Source of the DNA: Octopus bimaculoides
Lineage: Eukaryota
DNA: 64,000 bases
Assembly: GCF_001194135.2 (NCBI RefSeq)
Contig: NC_068987.1
Coordinates: forward strand, 23,768,150 to 23,832,149
Reading direction: 5' to 3'
The notes below the pieces were generated by a model, which searched no databases, had not been told where the DNA came from, and saw nothing but the letters and a program-made list of their open reading frames with translations. Numbering within the stretch: the stretch's first letter is position 1; every line of letters starts with the position of its first letter. The translations under genes and the position numbers were made by a program. Below, piece after piece: positions 24,401-36,720 of the stretch.

Positions 24401-26589
24401 CTGGTAATGAAATAGCAGTAAATAAAGATATATAATATATACATACACACACACACACACACTGTGATATTACTCGTGCATATATGTGTCTGTGCATGTA
24501 AATCAATTTGGAAAGGGATGAGTTTAAATGAGACTAGTCACCAGAATGGTCATGGCGGAGTAGACTTCAACGATATACCTGATTCCATCAATCCCTAACA
24601 TTTATCTTATTAATTTTTGAAGAATAAAACAGTGTGAATGTGTGAGCAAGAGAGTAAATGTTTGTATTAGTGTGTGTGTGTGTGTGTGTGTGTTTACATG
24701 CATATGCATCAATGACAAATGGAAGAATTTCTGCTCAATAAATCCTAGAAGTATTTCTAGAGTTACTCCTATCTTATGGTAATGTAGTTATGTATGAAAT
24801 GGTAGAGATGTAGGAGTGAGGGCTGAAAATGAAAAACTGAATGTGGTGGGGGTACTATATCATACTGTGCAGAGAGTTAGCATCATGTACCACAAGAAAA
24901 GGTACCCGTTACTCACTGAGATGTGTAGAAAGTATAAATGTCTTCTAGGGCTTGTTGCTAATCTCAAGTTCCATGGAGTAAAACAGATGAGAGATGAATT
25001 TTACTCTGGAGAGAATGCTGGTCTATTGCATAAAGTAACACACACACACAATGATCTGGTACCTACCTATTCCTAACACAGTCACAAAACTGAGACAATG
25101 TAGAATAATGTTCTGGTGAGAAACACAATGAAACACTGGCAAAACAGCAGATTTTAACTATTGATCTATTAGTTAGTGGCCCAGTATCTCTTGCACTATG
25201 ATGTTTCTAAATATTTGTGTTATCTACATAAAGGGATGGTTTTGGGATTTGAATGTTGTCTATTCAAGGGAATATAAAATGAGACATGAGCACCATCTAT
25301 GTAAGGTGTTATTAATGACACATGAGCACTATCTATGTAAGGTGATATGGCTACGAGAGAAGCACTGATGTAAAGGAATGTGAAATGCATGTGACATGAA
25401 TGAAACAGTTTATATTACAGATGAAATGTTATGTTTGATAATGTGAAATCCATGTTAGACAATAGGAAATGAAACAGTGACATCTATGAAATGTGAATCA
25501 ACAGGGGTGGTAATGAGTTACCAAAGACAAAAATGGTGGTACAATAACAATATCATGAATGAGTGTTAGTGATGTATAACATATTAAAGTGTTAGCAGTT
25601 TTAGTTAGAATGATGGAGTTTTGTCAATGAGTGGAGTGAAGTATTAGCAACATCTACAATGGTGGTATGTTAGTAACATCCTGAATGATGAGTTAACGAT
25701 GTACAACATGGTTAGCAACACCTATAAATGGTGAAATATAAGCAATGACTGATGAAATGTCTCAAAATGTATACTGTTAATGATAATGATAATAGTAATA
25801 ATTCTTTCTAATTTTGGCACAAGGCCAGCAATTTTGAGGGAAGCAGGTAAGTCAATTACATCAACCCCAGTACTTGACTGTTACTTTATTTTATTCAGCC
25901 TGAAAGGATGAAATGCAAAGTTGACTTCGGCAGGATTTGAACTCAGAATGTAAAGAGCTGGAAGAAATGTTGCTAAGCAGTTTGCTTGACACACTAATGA
26001 TTCTGCCAGCTCACCATCTTAATGATAATGATAACATTAAACTTCAAATGAAATTATATATTTATATACACATGAGAATAAAAATGCATTTTGTTTTTTT
26101 TACAAACTGTTTCCTGTTGATTAAGAAAGAGATATTGCTGTGTCATACATAGTCTACACCATCAGAAGGTGCTAAGGCTATCCTAGTACAATAACCTCAA
26201 TAAGGCATGCCAGAGCCTGCCCCACTAGAGCAACTATTGAACAACAACACCAACAATAACAACAGCAACAAGATGCAAACTTGAAACAATGACCCAAACC
26301 CTCTCTTGCATTTAGAGCAAGGGAGGTTTCCTTGAAAGTGTAAAGGTTTCTAAGCTGTACAACTAACTTTATTGGTAGTTATGGAGTCCAGCAGAAAGGA
26401 AGAAGGATTAAACTTTACAATATTGAATTTACACTTGATTAGCAGGAAAACTGCACCAACAATCTGAATAGATTTTTCTAGAAAGTAATTTTCAATTGAA
26501 GAAACAGTAAGATGAATAAACAAAGAATCAACGAGCGGTGAGTGGATAGGAAAAAAAAAGGAAGAACCAATGACAAGGACAGTAAATGA

Positions 26590-26870
26590 TTAGATGGGGG
26601 GAATCAATGTATTAGTTAGAGGACTGATCAAATAGTAGATCATTACAGAGGGTAGAGACTGATCAGATGGTGGGTCAGGATAGAGGATAAACCTGTAGAC
26701 CGATCAATGGGTTGTCAATATAAAGAAGGGAGATGGATTAAATGATAGATCAGTGTAGAGGATAGAGACAGGTTAAATGGTAGATCAATATAAAGAATAG
26801 AGACAGAATAAGTAGTGGATCGATGTGGAAGACAGAGATGGATTAAATGGTAGATCAGTGAAGCAGTTGA
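26590..26870. repeat. Degenerate minisatellite of about 35 bp
   Basis: Recurring AGAGAC/TGGATTAAATGGTAGATCAATATAGAGGAT-like units, about 8 copies. Confidence 0.6.
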
Positions 26871-27518
26871 AGTTGAAGCAATCATAACATTAATTTATAA
26901 TCCACCCAGACATAGATCAATACAGAGAATATAGAATGTAATTTAATCAGATGAAGGATCAAAGAGTAGATATAATAACCCAATCAATCAGATTATCAAA
27001 ACTACCAGAAGTTTATCTTGAAGAAATGAGTCAAGTGTCTCATTGGAAAGACAATCTTGCCAACAATAGAAATTCTAAGAAGACAGCAATAAATCATACA
27101 CTTTCACCTATTTAGTCTATACAGACCAGTTTCACACACAAAAGCTCAGAGAAGTTTTATTTTTTGTATTTAAACACCTTACAAGAATGATAGGTCTACA
27201 ATTTATTTGGAAGAGGAGAAGAGAGTACCTACCTATTTTACACAGACAAACAAATATGGATAAAATCTATGAACTGTGAGTAGGACAATTACGAAAGTAG
27301 CAGAAGGGGTGACATAATTCTCTGAAGGGGTAAGCTGGTAAGAGGTAGGGTATCTACTCAGGAGAGAACTCATCAAAGACTATTATTAAGATAACTACAA
27401 ACAAANNNNNNNNNNNNNNNNNNNNNNNNNNNNNNNNNNNNNNNNNNNNNNNNNNNNNNNNNNNNNNNNNNNNNNNNNNNNNNNNNNNNNNNNNNNNNNN
27501 NNNNNNNNNNNNNNNNNN

Positions 27519-27551
<33 letters not shown>

Positions 27552-27653
27552 TATATACATATATAGGTGAGTGGTCAGTGGTGACACCACTGTAGGACTC
27601 CATCATGTTATCAGGTTGAAAAGTGGGGAAATTAAGGACAAATGTTGACTGAC

Positions 27654-27767
27654 CATCACGTCCAGGGCTAGACCGATTGGAACCAACAGGAGAAACTGTC
27701 GTACTTGGTTCAGAATCACTAATTCCTGCTGAAGAGCTTGGCTGTGGAATTTGGCGTGGCCGGTAAA
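27654..27767 (-). CDS. SLAIN2: SLAIN-family protein, internal exon
   Basis: tatcag|TT TAC CGG...GAT G|gtcagt; 114 nt, phase 1-1; (V)YRPRQIPQPSSSAGISDSEPSTTVSPVGSNRSSPGRD; CpG-rich coding-like composition. Confidence 0.8.
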
Positions 27768-28159
27768 CTGATAAAAATAAGACGAAATCAAAACAGGTAG
27801 AGAGCAGCGACTTGGCAAACAGGGTAGTAAATAATTCAATGGAAATGTGTCAAACAGCAAGCCACAATTGAGACAAGGCCATTGGGTTTTAACGAAGCTG
27901 TGTGTGGGTTGTTCCAAGCAGCATCCATAACGTTGAGACAAGGAAACACTGAATATTATAATGACGACAAAAATAATAATACTAACAGTAACAATAATGC
28001 ATGTTAATAGGGTACAAACAAGCCAAGACTAGGCGTATAGAGAGGCAAGGAAAACAAGGAGGGATAGGTGAAGTTGCATTTAGAAGAGGTAGAAATTTAG
28101 ATTCAAGTAGAGAAGTGATAATGCTATTTGCAACACCGATACCAACAGACAGACACACA

Positions 28160-28239
28160 CACATTTGTGTGTGTGTGTGTGTGTGTGTATGTATATATAT
28201 ATGTGTGTGTGTGTATGTATATATATATGTGTGTGTGTG

Positions 28240-28307
<68 letters not shown>

Positions 28308-28420
28308 TGTATATATATGTGTATATATATATATGTGTATATATGTATATATATATATATGTGTGTGTATATACACACACACATACATACATGTGTGTGT
28401 GTCTGTATATGTGTATGTAT
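28160..28420. repeat. Compound (TG)n/(TA)n/(CA)n microsatellite
   Basis: About 260 bp of alternating purine-pyrimidine repeats; the largest of many such arrays. Confidence 0.95.
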
Positions 28421-28432
28421 ATGGTCTGTGCG

Positions 28433-28466
28433 GACACATGTTTCATGCAAGGATGAGGCTCATCAG
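28433..28466 (-). ncRNA. Decayed minimal hammerhead ribozyme-like motif
   Basis: Minus strand CTGATGA-gcctcatccttgcat-GAAAC-ATGT-GTC. Core and stem III are intact; stems I and II pair poorly. Confidence 0.35.
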
Positions 28467-28581
28467 TCATCGAAAATACCAGCATAACACATTAGAAAGG
28501 AAACAAAAGCTAGACTTGTAAATGAAGAATAACTGCTGTCACTCTCATGAGTGAGTGTGTGTGTGTGTATATATGTGTATG

Positions 28582-28623
<42 letters not shown>

Positions 28624-28718
28624 CACGGACAAAATGTAGTGAATACAAGTTAGTGCATACAGACATGAGAAAAAACAATATGCAAAACGTAGAGTAAGGG
28701 TTACATTTCATTAAAATA

Positions 28719-28752
<34 letters not shown>

Positions 28753-30062
28753 GTGAGCTACACTTTGTTATACAACAAATGAAACTGCAGACCAGACAAA
28801 CCAATTGTTAGTGCAGAAGAAACAATAACAATAACAATAAGGATCAAAGACCAAATTTTTGGTCAGGAGACAAAGGACTTCAGTAAATGAACTTATTAAA
28901 ATGGTACAAACATTAGAGTAGAGAAAAAAGCTGTAAGTAACAATCTGTCAATATTAGAAGAGCAAGGGGTTAGAGATTTAGAAGACAGAGAAAGAGAGAG
29001 GTAAGTAACAAGCAAGAGAGAGAGAGAGAGAGAGGTGAAAAGAAATAAAATGCATTAACCATTCCTAAATAATGACTTGATTGATTTGTGAGAGACAAAC
29101 TTCAGTAAAATGCTGGCAGATGGAGTAACAAGTAAGTAATGTTGAACACATGACAGGGATAGTGCTACTCTCTCCACACATGTACACATCATAGTGTGCA
29201 TTACACACACACACACTGTACAGTGTCATATATACATTTTACATACAGAGTGCATGTTACACATACAGCTATCACACTGAGGAAAGTATTATAAGCAAAC
29301 AGTTGCACACTATAGAGATAGTGACACTCATGAGTGCACACATGTGCACACATATCAGAGACAATTTCACAAGTGAGAAAGAGAGAGGCAGACAAACAGA
29401 CAGATACAAAGACAAAAAGCCAGAATTGCATCAAGGTGATTCATCATTCACTTCAGGACTAAGATCACCTGTGGACATTACTGTAAGACTTCCGAGACAC
29501 AGATGGTGGCTCTAAGATTAAACTGCTTATATCATTGTCTAGAGTTCAAACCTTACTATGGTTGTATATTTTGCTATTTCTAAAATGATTAATACTATGA
29601 AGAGTAACTACTCAACTAAACTCAACTACCTATTGGTCCAATGTATACAATATGGTCCACTTTATTCAAACTCATTTTCATTGTCAACATTCTGATGCCA
29701 AAAGAAGCTTTTACACATTTACTGATGTGCAAGAAATAGCAGCGAAACTTTCCTAAAATCACAGTTTATTGAATTAACAACTGACGGATTCAAGGAAGAG
29801 ATGTTGACGACTGAAACAGCTTCAATCAGAGTTAAACTGTGGTTAAACAATGTTCAGAAACTGAACCCTCCTGTTTCAGATCTTTCACAAATGGCCCTTG
29901 CTACCTATTAACTGCTTTGTCCAGGGAGAAAGAGCAATGACTGAAGCTGGGAAACATAGCCCAAACACTGACGACAGGATTCACTCAGCTAAAGACACCC
30001 CAGGACCAGGTGGTGGCATTAAACCAAGCAATAAATTAAGTCTGCCACTGAAGAACAGGGAT

Positions 30063-30287
30063 TATTTCTTATTTCTTTATTGCCCACATAGAGGGGAAAA
30101 ACAAGGACAGACAAAGGGATTAAGTCGATTACATCGACCCCAGTGCGTAACTGGTACTTTATTTATCGACCCCGAAAGGATGAAAGGCAAAGTCAACCTT
30201 GGCAGAATTTGAACTCAGAACATAACGGCAGACGAAATACCGCTAAGCATTTCGCCTGGCGTGCTAATGTTTCTGCCAGCTCACCGC
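30063..30287 (-). mobile_element. tRNA-derived SINE (well-preserved copy of an abundant family)
   Basis: Minus strand: A-box-like TGGCAGAAACATT, B-box GAGTTCAAATT, central GCCTTTCATCCTTTCGGGGTCGATAAATAAAGTACCAG (Meta/MESC-domain-like, from memory), tail AATAAAGAAATAAGAAA. More than a dozen degraded copies (e.g. 4190, 7560, 8905, 25810, 30890, 34960, 35180, 47300, 56740, 58915). Confidence 0.8.
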
Positions 30288-31235
30288 TGTCAACCAAATT
30301 TCACTCATGTGGCATTAGTTGACCCATGGATATGGTGTGTTGCACTGTGGGATGAACTTAAAATTACAAAGTTGTGAAACAAACTTCTTAACTACAAAGT
30401 CATGGCAGCACCCATCTCTGACACTTCCTCCTTCAAGCTCTGTATAAACAGTACTCATCTCATATATTCTCCACTACTAATGTAAAATGACTCCCTCTCT
30501 CTTTGCCTCCCATGGTAGATCAACATGAGTCACTTACTGGTAGATTGTACCTATCAATGTTACATCTACATCTACACGTCAACATAGTTCGGTTTGTGTC
30601 TTATGGGATGGTGAGGAATATGGTAGGATAGTCATTCACCCAGTGGTAATAAATATAAAAAAAAAAAGCTATACAGAGAAGAAACACAAAGTCAATTAAT
30701 TGACAGTGTAACAAGGAGCAGCAACATCACATTTCATACAAGATACACTAGCAGTGTTTAATATACCACACATACTGTTAAGGAGTTACTATAAGCAGGA
30801 ATTAAAAAAGTGCAACAAAAATAAAATCAACATAATAATTAATAATAATAAAATAAAATAAATAAAAGAATAAAAATAATAATGGTTTCAAATTTAGGCA
30901 CCAGGCCGGTAATTTTTGAGGGAAAAGGGTTGGTCAATGACATTGGCCCCAATACTTAACTGGTACTTTATTTTATTGACCCTAAAAAAACAAAAGGTAA
31001 AGTCGATATTGAACATCATGAGCTGAGACAAATGCCTTGATGCTCTAACAATTCTGCCAATCAATCCACTGTCTTTGAATAATTTCTTAAATGGGTACAA
31101 GGCCTACTAGATATTTTGGGGGAAGGCCATATCAACCCTGGATTTGAACTCAGAATGGAAAGAGCTGGAACAAATACCACAGGGCAATTCTGTTCAATAC
31201 TAAATTAGATTCTACCACCTTGTTGCTCTTGTAAC

Positions 31236-31399
31236 TGTTGTGTCGACGCCCCCAAGCGAAGAAGTAGGATCGCCCAAGACATATAAATAAAGGTAGTCTG
31301 GCCATGGTAGTGAGTTGAGTAGCTAACGAATAGCTATCGTGTAGCGGTTGAGTAGAGATCATCCGAAGGTGCTAGATAGCAGTAGCTTGAGACATAACA
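31236..31399. mobile_element. Probable solo LTR (164 bp)
   Basis: TGTTGTGTC...GACATAACA inverted termini (8/9), flanks GTAAC/GTAAG, internal TATAAATAAA, 8 CpGs in CpG-poor surroundings. Confidence 0.6.
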
Positions 31400-32154
31400 G
31401 TAAGAAATAACAATAACTTTACAAAAATATGTATATTAAATATGCATATTAGGTGCACTTCTCGATGTGTAGGAAGAAGTTTGCTTTCAAGCCACATGGT
31501 TTTGAGTTCAGATTGTTCCATTGGTCCCATCAACTGGAACACTTGCTGCCATAACCAATGGAGTGCCAGTTATTCACTGACTCTAAGTTTAAAAAAATAG
31601 GAAACATTTTATCAAACACTAATCCATATCTGGTGTCAGGGAAGAGATTAAAATAGCAGTCAAAACAGAAACACTGACTCAGAAGTTAAGATGCTGGACT
31701 ACTAACCACAGGCTCATGGGTCCAAACATCACAACTACAGCATTTGTTTGATCAGCAAGAGCTAAGGCATACAATTATTTGCCCCAGTCTGCCTGGTCAA
31801 CTAACAAGTGTTACCTTCTGCAGTCCCATGATTAATAATAATATTTAACTCCAAAATCCTTGGTTCCCCTGTGCTATCTTATTGTAAAATTAAAGGAAAC
31901 TATTTCATGCATGGAAAAAAGAACAATAAAACAGAAAGGAAACAATAAAAAGAAAGAAGGAAAAACAATATCACTGGTACTAAAAGAGTTGGAAACATTT
32001 AATCGCTTCCCTAAAGAGAGATTTACTGTTTTAATTTATAGATTTGATAAGCTAGGTAAGTATAACTAGATTAGTTTAAGCATGTTAGGGCCCACACTAC
32101 AACAATTACACAATCTGAAGAAAAATAGGCTCTCCTGAAGAGGTTCTGTAGATA

Positions 32155-33034
32155 CGTGGTCTGATCAATGTCCAGGCTGTTGCTATAGTAATGAAGTTAA
32201 AGAACACAGAGAAAAGCCACTTGGCACAGATTGACCTTGAACACTGCTGTGCATGTGCACTAAGTTTTAACGTTCTATCTCACTTCCAAGCACTGCTTAC
32301 AGCAGTGCTTGGAAGGAAGGTGTGTAACGTGTAATTGCCGCATTGACCATGACAGAGAAAGTGGAGTAGAGAATCTGCATCAAATTTTGCCAAAAGCTTG
32401 GTGATACCTGTTCAGAGGCTGAAGCAAAGTTTTGGAAAAGTTTTCATCATCCTCGACAAAATCAAGGAGATCTTGGACAATTGAAACTGAAGTGTACTTT
32501 TGGTCAGCTGAAAGCAGTTTTGCACAAACTTGGCAGATATGCATCTCATACCCAAATCTTCAATGATAACGGACTGAACTGAACAGTAACTCATCTGCAC
32601 ATCCTCTGATAACTTACGGATGGTGATTCGACGATTTCCCCTCACAATTGCATGCACATCTGCAATGTTTTTCTCAGTTCTGCTGGTTGCGGGTCTCCCA
32701 GAATGTTTGTCAATATCTACATTTTTTCGGCCATCTTGGAAACGTCTGAACCACTCATACACTCACTTCCATATACTTTCTGCAACTTTGCGCAAGCCTC
32801 TGAGCAGGTATTACTATGACAACTTTCTCTGTCATAGTGAATGCGAAGATCACACACTACACACCTTCCTCCCAAGCACTACTCAAAACAGCAGAAGTGA
32901 GATCAACATTAAAACTTAGTGTGCATGCGCAACAGAGTTCAAGGTCAATCTCAGCAGGGTTCAAGCAGCTTCACTCTGCATGCTTTAGCTTTGTTACTAT
33001 GGCAACACTCCAAATACTTATTGATCAGACCTTG
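32155..33034. mobile_element. Rearranged mariner element with two convergent 5' ends
   Basis: TA|CGTGGTCTGATCAA...TTGATCAGACCTTG|TA. The minus strand encodes MYEWFRRFQDGRKNVDIDKHSGRPATSRTEKN...RRITIRKL (mariner HTH); the plus-strand left arm encodes MTEKVE*RICIKFCQKLGDTCSEA. Confidence 0.8.
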
Positions 33035-33618
33035 TATTTGCATCAGAACTCTCCAGTTCACCCATCATTCACGAGAGTGGAGAAAGAAATATAGCCTTGC
33101 TGAGGTTGTAGAGAGTCGATGAGACACCATATCACTACCCCCTTCACCACCAACCATATCAAATTACTTAGGAAAGGTCAGTTACTTAGAAACTTCAAGA
33201 TAGTTAAGAAGTTCTAAGAATGACATGATAGCAAAGGAAGACATGAGCTATAAGAGAAGAAAGAGTTGAAAGCAGCTGTTTAATCTACTCCCTATTGATA
33301 TTCAACAGAGATGTCTAGTTGTTCCTCTCAGCTTTCTTCCACTAAAATTTATCATATCAGACAGATCACAATGGAATTTCAATGTAGGTTGATAGTTGCA
33401 CCAACTAATACAATTTAAATCCATCACCAACATCTTGAATAACTCATATAATAAAAAATTTAAAGTTAGTGTAGCTCTGAGTAAACTCCATTGAATAGTC
33501 AAACCACTAGATCCATACTACACTAAAACCTTCACTGGTGTCTGGTACCACAATACTTTATCAACCTTCACCCATTGACCATCATGAAGGCAGTTCAAGT
33601 CTTCACCGACTGACTTAC

Positions 33619-33660
33619 CTTTCCTGGGAGAAGACAGAGGTGAGATGCTTTGTCGTAAAC
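33619..33660 (-). CDS. SLAIN2: SLAIN-family protein, 42-nt exon
   Basis: ttgcag|GT TTA CGA...AAA G|gtaagt; (S)LRQSISPLSSPRK, completing QEESLRQ. Confidence 0.9.
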
Positions 33661-33821
33661 CTGCAAATAAAGATGTTAATGATATCACTAAGACACATTC
33701 AGACTAGAACACAAAGTAATTAACGGTACATCAGATATAGCAATATATCAAATGATACTATAACATAAGTTTATTTGATATTGTCCAAAACTAATCAGTG
33801 ATATTTCTCAGAGATATAATA

Positions 33822-33953
33822 GGTTATCATCAAGTGGTTATTACATAAAGAGTTATCATCAAGTGGTTATTACATAAAGAGTTATCACAAAGTGATCATT
33901 ACATAAAGAGTTATCAAGAGGTTATTACATAAAGTTATCATCAAGTGGGTATT
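33822..33953. repeat. 29-bp minisatellite, about 4.5 copies
   Basis: Unit GTTATCATCAAGTGGTTATTACATAAAGA. Confidence 0.9.
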
Positions 33954-35457
33954 TGATACTGTTGTAACAATATATACGCCATAAAACATGTTGTATTTTC
34001 AGTGAACGAAAGATACTACATGTGATATCCAATACATACCATAGTAAGTTGGGTTTTTTTTTTTATTATTATTAAATGTGTCATTTCTTTAGAGAGCTGC
34101 AGATTAAGAATAAGATTTTGAACCAGATCAACAGTACTATTCCATGTTTAACCCACTTCACACAGCTAGCTGTGAGAACATAACAAATTTAAATAACAAT
34201 GTAAAGTGGTAGCATTGTTAAATTGATGAGTATTTTATAGGCTTACTGTGTTCAAGCCAATTTCTAAGTACAACCTGAAAAGGACAGGTATTGCCAAACT
34301 AACTTTCATGATAAAGAGCCAAACCAGAGTATTTTGTGACCCATTATCACCACTTCTTTACATACTAAGCTCCTGGAATATTCTGGATTGATAATCAAAG
34401 TGTAGTTGATGAGGTAACAGAAAGATATCACAAACTAACTCACATATCGTTGCTTAATTTAGCAGATCCTCAACACACCTCAGTGAATTACTGTCATTGA
34501 AGGAAGCTATTACATGATATGCTTGAGTATGTGACCTGAGCCAAATCTCATTCAAATCACACTAAAAGGACTTAGATAATGTACTCTTGAGATATACCAT
34601 ACAAATCAAATTTTTCAGACCAAAATTTACGGCCAAAAAAGGTAGATTAATTTATACATCAAGACAACTTTGGAGGACAAAAAATTCCATGTGAAATACA
34701 GCAGGAATTGGAAAGGCAGTGATGATGTTTGAATGTTTACACTATATACTATGCTGATTTGTAACCCAGAAAATACAATAAAATCTAGAAAAACAAAGAA
34801 GACAAGATGATCATTGTTGTAACATTTTAGATCATAGGTCTTCTGGATCGGAATTGACCTGAGATTAAACAATAATAGCTGATAATAAGCAAATGTTGTG
34901 TGTTCTACACAGTGCTAGCTCTTTACCTAGACTGAGTGTGCCCTGATATTGGTTTCAGATTTTGGCACAAGGCCAGCAATTTCAAGAGAAGGGGAAAGTT
35001 GATTACATTGAATCTAGTGCTCAACTAGTACTTATTTTAACAACGCCTGAAAGGATAAAAGCAAAGTCAACCTCAGTAGAATTTGAACTCGGAACACGAA
35101 GACAGATGAAATGCCACTAAGCATTTTGCCTGGTGTGCTGATTCTGCCAGCTCAGCACCACACTGTGCCCTAATATTGATTTCAAATTCTGGTACAAGGC
35201 CAGCAACTTCAAGAGAGGAGAAAAGACAATTACATTGACTCCAATGCTCAAATGGTCTTATTTTATCAACTCCAAAAGGTGGAGCTTGAACTCAGAAAAT
35301 AAAGACGGACTAAATGCCACTAAGCATTTTGTCCAGCATGCTAATAATTCTGCCAGCTCACAGCCTTAGCCTAAACCATAATAATAATAATAATCATGAT
35401 AATTACTTAGGTAAAAGTCCATATATTTTAAGTAACTAAAAAAGCAAAATCACTTAC

Positions 35458-35628
35458 TTTCTTCCTGCAATTTAGCCATGTTCTGAATATCTGAAACATC
35501 TGGGATACGGTTGGCAACTTGGCTTTGCGGTTCCGTCTCCTTGTTGGACGTACTTTCTACAGGTAGTAAACGAAGTGATTCCTTATTTTTCTTGGGTCTG
35601 GTGAAAGTGTTTGTGTCAACACGAGTCC
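35458..35628 (-). CDS. SLAIN2: SLAIN-family protein, exon with the conserved DVxDxQxxAxxQEES motif
   Basis: tttcag|GG ACT CGT...GAA A|gtaagt; 171 nt; ends RIPDVSDIQNMAKLQEE(S) vs human DVTDVQILARMQEES. Confidence 0.92.
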
Positions 35629-36213
35629 CTGAAAAGACAAAAATTGGTTGATATATAAAAGATATGTCAACTTAACAGTAGAATTCACAACCTGGAAGAG
35701 GAAAACTAACAGAACGTTAAACAATGAACAGTGAAAACAAGAAACCATTGAAAGAATACTATCTTCAAATACTGTTTCAGTTTTCTGAAGAACACAGCAG
35801 GTTATTATGAAGGAAAGTATATATATCATTGATTGGGGTTACACACATCCTCCAGCCAACAATATATTATGATGCTGACCAAAGCAATTATATTTTTTTT
35901 GTCCCTAGAAGACATGATAAGTAAAGTTAACTCTGGGATCTGAACTGAAGACCATAGGACAGAAGTAAATATTGCCAGTATTTTACAGCTTTTACCACAT
36001 GAGACTGGGTGCATAAAATTTGTAGGGAAGAAATCTAAGCCACCATATTGTACACATACCCAGCACCCATTACACTCTTGGAGTGGTTGGTGTAAGGAAG
36101 GGCATCCAGCCATAGAAACCATGCCAAATCAGACTGGAGTCTGGTGCAGCCTTCCAGCTTGCCAGCCATGTTCAAACCATCCAACCCATGCCAGCATGGA
36201 CAACAGACATTAA

Positions 36214-36252
<39 letters not shown>

Positions 36253-36676
36253 GTTCTCAGTATATGATCAAAAGTTATTTTTATCAACCCTTGAGGCATA
36301 ACAGACAAAGACATTCCAAGGTGATGTGAACTGGATTGCCATAGAATTTGGTTATCCCAAAGATGATGTTTCACTTTAAGCACAATACTTTGAGCTCGGT
36401 TGTGTGTGTGTGTGTGTGTATGCGTGTGTATGTAACATTGTATCTCAAGGCAAATAACAACATTGGCCACAATGTGTGTTCATGTAAGTTAGTTTAACTT
36501 TAAATGTAACACAAAGAAAAGTTAGTTATGTAAATTGATATGAAATATCCAAATACAGGATTGCAGTTTGTGACTATTTATGTAAATGTGAATATTTATG
36601 TCTTCAGTACTCTCTTACAGACTTACACAGACAAACAAGCAAACAAACACAACTGAAAACAATACTTCCGCCTACG

Positions 36677-36720
<44 letters not shown>

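Noticed and set aside
27982-28804. Many 100-170 aa ORFs rich in YI/HT/CV
   Set aside because: Translations of (TA)n/(CA)n microsatellites.
29790-29825. CTGACGGA...GAAACAGCTTC hammerhead-like string
   Set aside because: The core departs from CUGANGA, there is no clean stem III/NUH junction, and stem I does not pair.
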